Shown piece after piece: positions 42,130-49,951 of a stretch of DNA of 64,000 nucleotides (position 1 is its first letter; the number at the start of each line of letters is the position of its first letter). Both the position numbers and the translations under genes were made by a program. Source of the stretch: Candidatus Methylomirabilota bacterium (GTDB lineage Bacteria > Methylomirabilota > Methylomirabilia > Rokubacteriales > CSP1-6); contig DASYUQ010000033.1 in NCBI GenBank assembly GCA_036001065.1, positions 37,283 to 101,282 on the forward strand, in the 5' to 3' direction. The notes beneath the pieces are model-generated. The model was not told where the DNA came from. It saw only the letters and a list, made by a program, of their open reading frames with translations, and did no database searches.

Positions 42130-43500
42130 ATGATCTTCCACCAGCTGCAGAACGAGGAGTCGGGGTGCCTGTCGTATCTGATCGGCTGCGGCCAGGCGGG
42201 CGAGGCGGTCGTGGTGGATCCCGGGCGTGATCGGGTGGACGAGTACATCCGGCTGGCGCGGAAGAAGGGGCTGAAGATCACCCGGATCATCGAGACCCAC
42301 ACCCACGCCGATCACATCTCGGGCAACCGCGACCTGGCCGCGCTCACCCAGGCGCCCATCCTCCTCCATCACGCCAGCAAGGCCATCTTCGACCACCTCA
42401 CGGTGAGGGACGGCGACGAGGTCCGGATCGGCACCGTCTCGCTCAAGGTCCTGCACACGCCCGGGCACACGCCCGACAGCCTGTGCCTGCTGGTGACCGA
42501 CCGCGGCCGGGGCAGCGACCCCTGGTTCGTCCTCACCGGCGACACGCTCTTCATCGGCGACGTCGGGCGCCCCGACCTGGGTGGCGAGCAGGCGGCGGCC
42601 GACCTCTACGAGAGCCTGCACACGGCGCTCTGGCCCCTCCGCGACAGCGTCGAGGTGTATCCGGCGCACGGCGCGGGCTCGCTCTGCGGACGCGCGATGT
42701 CCTCCAAGTCGGCCTCGACCATCGGCTTCGAGCGGCGCTTCAACCCGGCGCTGGCGGCCCCGAACAAGGACGAGTTCGTGCAGCTCGTGATGAGCGGCCT
42801 GCCGGCGAAGCCGCCCTCCTTCGAGACCATCGTCGGCAAGAATCAGGGGACCATCCCGCTGGCCAGCGCGAAGCCCCGCCCCTACACCGCGCGCGAGGCG
42901 TGGGAGGCGGTGCAGCACGGCGCCTGCGTCGTCGACCTGCGCGAGCCCTCCACGTACGGCGAGGGCCACGTGCCTGGGGCGATCAACGTCTGGATCGAGA
43001 GCCCGCAGTTCGCCGACCGCGTGAGCTGGTTCGTGCCGGCGGGGGCGCCGCTGATCCTCGTGGCCTCGGGCCCCTCCGACCTCGACCGCGCGCTCGGCGG
43101 ACTGACGCGGGTGGGCGTCGACCAGGTCGCGGGGTTCCTCCAGCGCGGCATGATCGAGTGGCGCAGCGACGAGCTCCCGGTGGAAACCGTCCCCCAGATG
43201 ACGGTGTACGACCTGGCCGAGTGGCTGGAGGAACGGCGCGATGTCGTGGTCGTCGACGTGCGGGAGCCGTTCGAATGGCGCGAGGGCCACATCGACGGCG
43301 CTCTGCACTTGCCCATGCTGGAGGCCGCCCGCCGGCTGGACGAGGTCCCGCCCGACCGTCCCAAAGCCGTCCTCTGCGCGGGGGGCTTGCGCTCCAGCAC
43401 GGTGATCAGCGCGCTGAAGCGTCGGGGAATCGGGAACTGGTATAACGTCGCGGGCGGGATGACGGCGTGGCTGAAGGCGGGCCATCCGGTCAGGCGTTAG
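42130..43500 (+). CDS. MBL-fold persulfide dioxygenase fused to two rhodanese domains (CstB/ETHE1-rhodanese type)
   Basis: HTHADH metal motif. Two rhodanese modules, the second with an active-site CAGGLRS. Perfect TATAAT at 42105-10. Confidence 0.8.
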   Translation: MIFHQLQNEESGCLSYLIGCGQAGEAVVVDPGRDRVDEYIRLARKKGLKITRIIETHTHADHISGNRDLAALTQAPILLHHASKAIFDHLTVRDGDEVRIGTVSLKVLHTPGHTPDSLCLLVTDRGRGSDPWFVLTGDTLFIGDVGRPDLGGEQAAADLYESLHTALWPLRDSVEVYPAHGAGSLCGRAMSSKSASTIGFERRFNPALAAPNKDEFVQLVMSGLPAKPPSFETIVGKNQGTIPLASAKPRPYTAREAWEAVQHGACVVDLREPSTYGEGHVPGAINVWIESPQFADRVSWFVPAGAPLILVASGPSDLDRALGGLTRVGVDQVAGFLQRGMIEWRSDELPVETVPQMTVYDLAEWLEERRDVVVVDVREPFEWREGHIDGALHLPMLEAARRLDEVPPDRPKAVLCAGGLRSSTVISALKRRGIGNWYNVAGGMTAWLKAGHPVRR

Positions 43501-43524
43501 CCGGAGCCCGCCGGCCGCGACCGC

Positions 43525-45417
43525 TTACTCGGAGGTGACCCTCAGGACCTCCTCGACGGTGGTGACGCCCTCGATCACCTTCCTGAGCGCGGCCTCGCGG
43601 AGGGTCTTCATGCCCTGGTCGCGCGCCACCTTGCAGATCTCGGTCGTCGGCGCGTTGTGCATGACGAGGTCGCGGATCTCCCGGGTCACCGGCATCACCT
43701 CGTAGACGGCGATGCGGCCCCTCGTCCCCGTGAAGCTGCAGGCCTGACAGCCCCGCCCCTTGTAGAACGTGCACTTGCGGAGGCCCTGGGGCGTGTGGCC
43801 GTAGGGCACCAGGCTCTCCTCCTCGCTCTCGTAGGGCTCCTTGCACTCGCTGCACACCTTGCGGACGAGGCGCTGGCCCGCCACCAGGCGGAGCGATGAG
43901 GACAGCAGGAAGGGCGGGACGCCCATGTCGAGGAGGCGCGCGATCGTCGAGGCGCAATCGTTCGTGTGGATGGTGCTCAGGACCAGGTGGCCCGTCAGCG
44001 AGGCCCGGATCGCGATCTGGGACGTTTCGATGTCGCGCATCTCACCGACCAGGATGATGTCGGGATCGTGGCGCAGGAAGGAGCGGAGCCCCGCCGCAAA
44101 GCTGAGCCCGATCTCCTCGTTGACCTGGATCTGGGTGACCCGGGCCAGGTTGTACTCCACCGGATCTTCGAGCGTGAGGATGTGGATGTCCGGCGTGTTG
44201 ACGGTCTGCAGCGCCGAGTAGAGCGTCGTGGTCTTGCCCGACCCGGTGGGGCCCGTGATCAGGATCATCCCGTACGGGCTCCGGATGGCCTTCTGGAAGT
44301 GCTCGAGGCTCCAGGGATCGAATCCCAGCTGGGTCAGATCGAGCTTGAGCGCGCCCTTATCGAGGAGTCGGAGCACGATGCTTTCGCCGAAGATCGTGGG
44401 CAGCACCGACACGCGGAAATCGATCTCCCGGGCATCATCGCGGAACTTGATCCGGCCGTCCTGGGGCAGCCGCCGCTCGGCGATGTCCAGGCTCGCCATG
44501 ATCTTGAGGCGGGAGACGAGGGCCGGCTCGAGCCCGCGGGGCGGCGCCATCACGTCATGCAGGATCCCGTCGATCCGGAACCTGACGTGGAAGCCGCGCT
44601 CGTCGGGCTCCAGATGGATGTCGGAGGCTCCCTTCTGGATCGCGTCGAGGAGGATCAGGTTCACGAGCCGGACGACGGGGACCTGGTCGGCCGACGTCCG
44701 CAGCTCCACGGCGCTCAGGGCGCCAGCGCGTTCGCGGGTTTCCGTGGCCGCGATCCGCGCGGCCAGCGCCTCCGCCTCGCCCATGACGTTGGCCAGCGTC
44801 GAGCTCTCCGGCTCGTAGGACTCCTCGATGGCCTTACGGATCCCCGACGCTGGCGCGATCACGGGAACGACCCTGAGCCCGGTTCGGAACGCCACGTCGT
44901 CCAGCGCCGAGAGGTTCGACGGGTCCGACATGGCCAGGACGAGCGAAGTCGGCGTGCGTCGGGCGACCGGGATCACCTCGTACTTGCGGGCCACGCTGGC
45001 CGGCACGAGCTTGAGAAGCTCCGGCGCGATCTTTCCTTCGGGGAGGGTGACCACGGACACCCGGTACTGACGTGACAGCAGGTGGACGAGATCGTCTTCC
45101 GCGATGAAGCCGAGCCGAACGAGGACCGTCCCGAGCTTTTCGTTGGTTCGCTTCTGCTCGGCGACGGCCTGGACCAGCTGCTCGTTGGTCACCAGCCCAT
45201 CGGCCACGACGACGTCGCTGAGGCGGCGGCCCACGGGCGTGGAATCCTCGGCTTTCGGTCGCAACTCCACGGTCCTCGATCGACCGCGCTCGCGCGCTGC
45301 GGCTGGCGCGTCCGACTCGAGAAAGCGGTCCCGGAGCGGTTGAGCCAAGTCGTTCTCCTCGTCTTCGGCAGTCCGCCGTCTGGGCAAAGGAATGCAAGCG
45401 CAGAACCAAGGCCGCAT
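43525..45417 (-). CDS. Type II/IV secretion system ATPase (GspE/PilB family) with N-terminal GSPII_E_N domain
   Basis: Walker A GPTGSGKTT, Asp box, His box and a C-terminal tetracysteine (CSECK...CQAC). Start uncertain: ATG at 45417 abuts a TATATA element, and an alternative GTG lies at 45270. Confidence 0.8.
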   Translation of the reverse strand: MRPWFCACIPLPRRRTAEDEENDLAQPLRDRFLESDAPAAARERGRSRTVELRPKAEDSTPVGRRLSDVVVADGLVTNEQLVQAVAEQKRTNEKLGTVLVRLGFIAEDDLVHLLSRQYRVSVVTLPEGKIAPELLKLVPASVARKYEVIPVARRTPTSLVLAMSDPSNLSALDDVAFRTGLRVVPVIAPASGIRKAIEESYEPESSTLANVMGEAEALAARIAATETRERAGALSAVELRTSADQVPVVRLVNLILLDAIQKGASDIHLEPDERGFHVRFRIDGILHDVMAPPRGLEPALVSRLKIMASLDIAERRLPQDGRIKFRDDAREIDFRVSVLPTIFGESIVLRLLDKGALKLDLTQLGFDPWSLEHFQKAIRSPYGMILITGPTGSGKTTTLYSALQTVNTPDIHILTLEDPVEYNLARVTQIQVNEEIGLSFAAGLRSFLRHDPDIILVGEMRDIETSQIAIRASLTGHLVLSTIHTNDCASTIARLLDMGVPPFLLSSSLRLVAGQRLVRKVCSECKEPYESEEESLVPYGHTPQGLRKCTFYKGRGCQACSFTGTRGRIAVYEVMPVTREIRDLVMHNAPTTEICKVARDQGMKTLREAALRKVIEGVTTVEEVLRVTSE

Positions 45418-45600
45418 GATATATAAATAGCTGAAAAGACTAGTTGTTTTCTGGCAAAGGGGCGGACGGTCTTCGCCCGACGGATGAACTCCAGGGAGAA
45501 TGTCACGGGGCGTGGGAGGAACTGGCTAGCCGGGCCCCGCGCTGGTGGGCCCCCTTTCCCCACGTGCTACCATCGGAGCGGACGCACCCAGGAGGACGCC

Positions 45601-46497
45601 ATGCCGACCCGCGTCGAGAGCGAGTTCACGCGTCGCGCCCGCTACTTCTCCTCCGCCGAGGGGTTCAACCTCAAGCGTCCGCGTGTGCCCGCGCAGGTCT
45701 TCGCGGCCGAACGCGAGACCGCGCTCGATCCCTCCACGCCCACGGGCCTCATCCCGCTCGATCTGAGTGGCCAGCTCGAGATCGACTTCCCGGCGACGAC
45801 CCCGCTGATCCTGGCGCGCTACGCGAAGCTCCGCGCCGGCGAGAAGCTCGAGACCCACTTCGCGGCCAGCGGCGAGATCTACTACGTCATCACCGGCGGC
45901 GGCGAGAGCGCCTGGGGCGCCGAAGCGCTCGCGTGGGAGGCCGGCGACATCTTCTGCCTGGGCGGCAGCCAGGCCGTCACCCATCGGGCCCGCGAGCGCG
46001 ACTGCCTGCTGTGGATCGTCACCAACGAGCCAGAGCTGGCCTTCGAGCGCGCCCGGCCCCCGGCGCCCGGCGACGCCCCGATCCAGCCTGTTCACTACCC
46101 CGCCGCCGAGATCTGCCGCCAGCTGGAGCTGGTCCATCGCCTGCCGCCGGACAGGACGATGACCGGCAAGGCCGTCACCTTCAGCAGCCTCGCGCTCGAA
46201 CGGCAGCGCACGTGCCTGCCCACCCTGGCGCTGGCCATGAACTCGCTCCTGCCGGGCGAGTCTCAGCGCCCGCACCGCCACAACGCCGTGGCGGTGACGC
46301 TGGTGGTGGCGGGCACGAAGTGCCACTCGCTGGTCGGCGACAGGCGCATCGACTGGCAGCCACACGCCGTCATAATCACGCCGCCGGCCGACGTGCATTC
46401 GCACCACAACGAGGGCGATCGTCTGGCGCTGTTCCTCATCGTCCAGGACGGCGGGCTCCACTATCACTGCCGCACGATGGGGTTCAGCTACGCGTAG
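45601..46497 (+). CDS. Bicupin-domain protein (gentisate/1-hydroxy-2-naphthoate dioxygenase-like)
   Basis: Two cupin modules with His-containing motifs (HFAASGEIYYVITGGG; HRHNAVAVTLVVAG...HSHHNEG). AGGAGG RBS. Confidence 0.65.
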   Translation: MPTRVESEFTRRARYFSSAEGFNLKRPRVPAQVFAAERETALDPSTPTGLIPLDLSGQLEIDFPATTPLILARYAKLRAGEKLETHFAASGEIYYVITGGGESAWGAEALAWEAGDIFCLGGSQAVTHRARERDCLLWIVTNEPELAFERARPPAPGDAPIQPVHYPAAEICRQLELVHRLPPDRTMTGKAVTFSSLALERQRTCLPTLALAMNSLLPGESQRPHRHNAVAVTLVVAGTKCHSLVGDRRIDWQPHAVIITPPADVHSHHNEGDRLALFLIVQDGGLHYHCRTMGFSYA

Positions 46498-46501
46498 GCC
46501 G

Positions 46502-47056
46502 CTGATCGCGGTCCTCGTCGCGTCGCTCCTCGGCGGATGCGCCACGCCCTCCCTCCAGGGCGCCGCCGCGTATCGCCAGGGCCGCTACGACGAGGCGGCG
46601 ACCCGTTTCGAGGCCGCGCTCGGCGACGATCCGCAACGGCTCGACGCCCTCGTCGGCCTCGGGCTGTCGCGCTACAAGCTCGGCGACTACGACGCCGCCA
46701 TCGACGCCCTGGAACGGGCGGTGGCGCCAGCCCCGCGGCACGCGGCGGCGCGGCTCTTCCTCGGGCTCGCCTACCTCCAGCGCGGCGAGGACGGTCGTGC
46801 CGGCGAGCACCTCACCGCCCTCCGCGACCTGCGCCCAGACCCCCGCGCGGTCGCCCTGGTGGATCGGGTCCTCGAGCTCCTGCGGGGCGATCCGCTGACC
46901 ACCGAGCTGCGCGGCTTCATCGGGGCCAGCCTGGAGACCGCCACGGAATGGCAACGCGAGGTCCGCGCGACGCGCCAGGCGCTTCAGGACGAGGAGCTGC
47001 GGCGCCTGTCACGCGAGCGCGCCATCTTCGTCATCCCGCGCGGCTGCCGCTGCTGA
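46502..47056 (+). CDS. TPR-like lipoprotein (lipobox SLLGGC) with no canonical start codon in frame
   Basis: ...RRPLIAVLVASLLGGCATPSLQGAAAYRQGRYDEAATRFEAALGDDPQRLDALVGLGLSRYKLGDYDAAIDALERAV... The frame is open from the cupin stop, and CTG 46502 is the first plausible initiator. Confidence 0.4.
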   Translation: MIAVLVASLLGGCATPSLQGAAAYRQGRYDEAATRFEAALGDDPQRLDALVGLGLSRYKLGDYDAAIDALERAVAPAPRHAAARLFLGLAYLQRGEDGRAGEHLTALRDLRPDPRAVALVDRVLELLRGDPLTTELRGFIGASLETATEWQREVRATRQALQDEELRRLSRERAIFVIPRGCRC

Positions 47057-47183
47057 TCCGGCGCGCTCCGGGCGACCGGCCCGGGGCGAGTGACCTCTAT
47101 CTGAATCTCAGTGCTTGGATCTTAACCGATCATCAACATGAGGAAGTCAGCGCATTGCCTGCGGGCAGGCTGCGTACCACCGC

Positions 47184-47897
47184 ATGAGGCTCGAGGATGC
47201 GGGGCCCACCGCAGACGTCGTGCCGTTCGTGCTCGAGCCGACCGGCGGCCCAGCGGTTCGTGGGTCCCTCCACCGCCCGGCCCTATTCTCCGGCGATGCG
47301 CTCGTGCTCACTCACGGGGCAGGCTCGAACTGCCGGGCCCCTGTCCTGGTGGTGGTGGCGACTGCGTTGGCCGCGAAGGGCGTCGCCGTGCTGCGCTGCG
47401 ATCTTCCGTTTCGTCAGGCGCGGCCGACGGGACCGCCGCGCAGGGCGGACGCCGAACGCGACCGCGCCGGACTCAGGCAAGCGGTCCTGGCGCTCCGGCA
47501 GGCGGTGGGGGGCCGGGTGTTCCTCGGCGGGCATTCCTATGGAGGCCGCCAGGCCAGCGTGCTGTCCGCGGACGAGCCCGGGCTTGCCGAGGGACTCCTG
47601 CTCCTCTCCTACCCGCTTCACCCTCCACGACGGCCCTCAGGGCTCCGGACCGCTCACTTCCCCAGGCTGCATACCAGGGCGCTGTTCGTCCACGGCGCCC
47701 GCGATCCTTTCGGATCGATCGAGGAGATGCGGCGGGCACTGGCGGTGATTCCGGGCCCGAGGGAGCTGATCGAGATCGCGGGCGCTGGCCATGACCTGTC
47801 CGGTCGCCCGCAGACGGTGACTGGCCAACCCTCCGTCGCCGAGACCGTGGCGCGGGCGTTTGCCGCCTTCTGCGGACGAGCATCGCGGTGCTCTTGA
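47184..47897 (+). CDS. Alpha/beta-hydrolase fold protein (dienelactone-hydrolase-like)
   Basis: GHSYGG nucleophile elbow with downstream Asp and His candidates (ARDPFG, GAGHDL). Confidence 0.65.
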   Translation: MRLEDAGPTADVVPFVLEPTGGPAVRGSLHRPALFSGDALVLTHGAGSNCRAPVLVVVATALAAKGVAVLRCDLPFRQARPTGPPRRADAERDRAGLRQAVLALRQAVGGRVFLGGHSYGGRQASVLSADEPGLAEGLLLLSYPLHPPRRPSGLRTAHFPRLHTRALFVHGARDPFGSIEEMRRALAVIPGPRELIEIAGAGHDLSGRPQTVTGQPSVAETVARAFAAFCGRASRCS

Positions 47898-47961
47898 CGC
47901 GTCCCGCACTCCCGGCATACGTTCACGACGCGCCAGCCGTCACAGCGAAGTGGGGGAGGAG

Positions 47962-48237
47962 ATGTCGGGCGACAGAATGAAGCTCGGCGAAAATCTCGAG
48001 ATGGCCGGCGCCCGGATCGTGTTCATCGTCTCCCGGACGGAGCCCTACCTCTACGGGTATGTCAGATCGGCGTTTGCCGAGGTCCAGGCGGTCGACGTCA
48101 TCCTGGATCGGCGTCAAGGCGAGCGTCGCCACGGCGATGCTCCGCCCCGAGTGAACCGCCGGCGCAGCGAGCGTCGCACCCAGGACGTCAGCACGGCGCT
48201 GCAGCGGCTCGGTTGGGCGGTGATCGTGAGGCGCTAG
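47962..48237 (+). CDS. Hypothetical small basic protein
   Basis: ORF with moderate GC3 bias (MSGDRMKLGENLEMAGARIVFIVSRTEPYLYGYVRSAFAEVQAVDVILDRRQ...). No recognised domain. Confidence 0.3.
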   Translation: MSGDRMKLGENLEMAGARIVFIVSRTEPYLYGYVRSAFAEVQAVDVILDRRQGERRHGDAPPRVNRRRSERRTQDVSTALQRLGWAVIVRR

Positions 48238-48262
48238 AGCTTCGGCGCCCCCCAGGCGTTCT

Positions 48263-48823
48263 TCACCGCGAGGGCCCGGGAGGAGGTGGGGGCGGAGTGC
48301 CAGCCGGCGGAGCGGGAACTCCCGCCGGAATGTTGGTGGCAGGTGGCGCAGCCCCAGGCTGCGAAGAGTACGCCGGCTGAGAGCCCCGGGTGACAGGGAT
48401 CTGATTGCCCTTGGCATACATGCACTGCATGTAGGTCATGTCGTAGCGCCGCTGCACCGACCTCTCGGCGCCCTGGGCACTGCTCGCCCCGATCGCCGTT
48501 CCACCGAGCAGGCCGCCGCCCGCGCCCACCGCCGCTCCCGTCCCCGGGCTGCCGGCGGCCGCGCCGACCGCAGCGCCGACGGCCGCGCCGACGGCGGTCC
48601 CGATGGCCGCGCCGCTCACCGCGCTCTCCGTCGACGCTCGCTTCCCCGTCGTTCCAGTCCGCTGCGCCGCCCACTCGCGGCAGACCACGTCATCGACCTG
48701 AAACTGCTCGAAGCTCTTTCCCGACCCGGGCAGGACCATCACGCTCGGTCCGGTGGGTACCGTCGCGCAAGCCGTCAGGAGCACGGCAGTCGCGATGACG
48801 AGAGTGCCGGATCTCCTCCCCAT
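48263..48823 (-). CDS. Lipoprotein with glycine-zipper (Gly-zipper 2TM/SlyB-like) segment
   Basis: Signal peptide plus LTAC lipobox. AIGTAVGAAVGAAVGAAAG...LLGGTAIGA glycine zipper. Pro-rich C-terminus. Confidence 0.6.
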   Translation of the reverse strand: MGRRSGTLVIATAVLLTACATVPTGPSVMVLPGSGKSFEQFQVDDVVCREWAAQRTGTTGKRASTESAVSGAAIGTAVGAAVGAAVGAAAGSPGTGAAVGAGGGLLGGTAIGASSAQGAERSVQRRYDMTYMQCMYAKGNQIPVTRGSQPAYSSQPGAAPPATNIPAGVPAPPAGTPPPPPPGPSR

Positions 48824-48839
48824 GGTTCTCCCTCGACTT

Positions 48840-49199
48840 CTACTCGGTCCGCTGCGGCACCCTGATCCAGGCCTCGGGGCACGTCGGGACCGCAGGGTAA
48901 TAGGCTTTGGCGCTCGAACAGTAGTACCAGAACGACGAGGGTGCGGAAGCCGGCGGCTGCTGGATATACACCGGCGGTTCTTCTACGACGACCGGTGGCG
49001 GGGAGTAGACGTAATAGGGCGGCGGGTAATACCAGTACGGATACGGGGGGCCCCACCAGAACGACGGCCCAAAGCCGACGAACACGCGGGTCCGGACGCC
49101 GGGATGCCGGTGCCGGCCCGCATGCCAGGCGTCACTCGGTACAACCGCGACGAGAAGGAGCGTGACCGCCAGGAGCGAAACCGCCGCCGCCTTTCTCAC
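48840..49199 (-). CDS. Secreted Pro/Tyr/Trp-rich small protein
   Basis: GTG start with a GGGAGGAG RBS. Signal peptide VRKAAAVSLLAVTLLLVAVVPSDA, then GPPYPYWYYPPPYYVYSPPP and two Cys. Confidence 0.5.
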   Translation of the reverse strand: MRKAAAVSLLAVTLLLVAVVPSDAWHAGRHRHPGVRTRVFVGFGPSFWWGPPYPYWYYPPPYYVYSPPPVVVEEPPVYIQQPPASAPSSFWYYCSSAKAYYPAVPTCPEAWIRVPQRTE

Positions 49200-49304
49200 G
49201 GGTCTCCTCCCGTTCGTTTGGATGCGCTCGGCCTCATGGGTATTCAGCATAGCGCGCTCGCCGGGTGGACGTCGAGGCGTCCTCGGCCCGCTCGGCGCCG
49301 CTCG

Positions 49305-49775
49305 CTACTGACTGCCCCCGCGGAGGCCCCTCATCTCCTTGCTGAGCTCGATCAGCCGCTGCCGCGTCTGGGCGGCCTTCGCCAGTTGCTCGGGCGTCAG
49401 GACGCCGCGGATTTCCAGGGCCACCTGCAGTCTCTGCTGGGTCAGTTGGCCTTGCAGCCGGGCGATCTGCTCGGCGAGGGGGACAAGGTCCGTCGGACCG
49501 ACAGGGTTGGACGCGTAGAGCTTGGCGCTCAGCGCCTCGCGCGCCGACCGGATCTCCCCGGCGAGCCGGTGAAACTCCGGACGATGGTTCGCCATGATTT
49601 GCCGCACTTGCGCCTGCTGGTCCTCGGTCAGGCCCAGCCCGCGCAGAGGAAACGGGAAGTCCCCCGTACCGCCGTAGCCGCCGCCCTCGAACCCGCGATA
49701 CCCGTGGGCGTACGCCGGAGCCGTGACAGCCAGCGCCATGATCGCGACCGCTCCAAGTCTCGATAGCCACTTCAT
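49305..49775 (-). CDS. Periplasmic stress chaperone/adaptor of the Spy/CpxP family
   Basis: Signal peptide and two LTxxQ motifs (LTEDQQAQ, LTPEQLAK). AAGGAGGG RBS. Confidence 0.7.
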   Translation of the reverse strand: MKWLSRLGAVAIMALAVTAPAYAHGYRGFEGGGYGGTGDFPFPLRGLGLTEDQQAQVRQIMANHRPEFHRLAGEIRSAREALSAKLYASNPVGPTDLVPLAEQIARLQGQLTQQRLQVALEIRGVLTPEQLAKAAQTRQRLIELSKEMRGLRGGSQ

Positions 49776-49951
49776 CTTCCTGGCCCTCCTTCAGCCGAGT
49801 CTATTGAATCCTCGGCCCCTACCCACATAGACGGAGCAGGCCGTGCTTCAGTTGACATACCCCGACGACCTGCCCGCGCCAAACTGGGACTCCCTTCGAC
49901 GGGGCCCCCGGGCCGTCCATCTTTTACAGCCCCGGTCGCGGGGGCGAAGGG

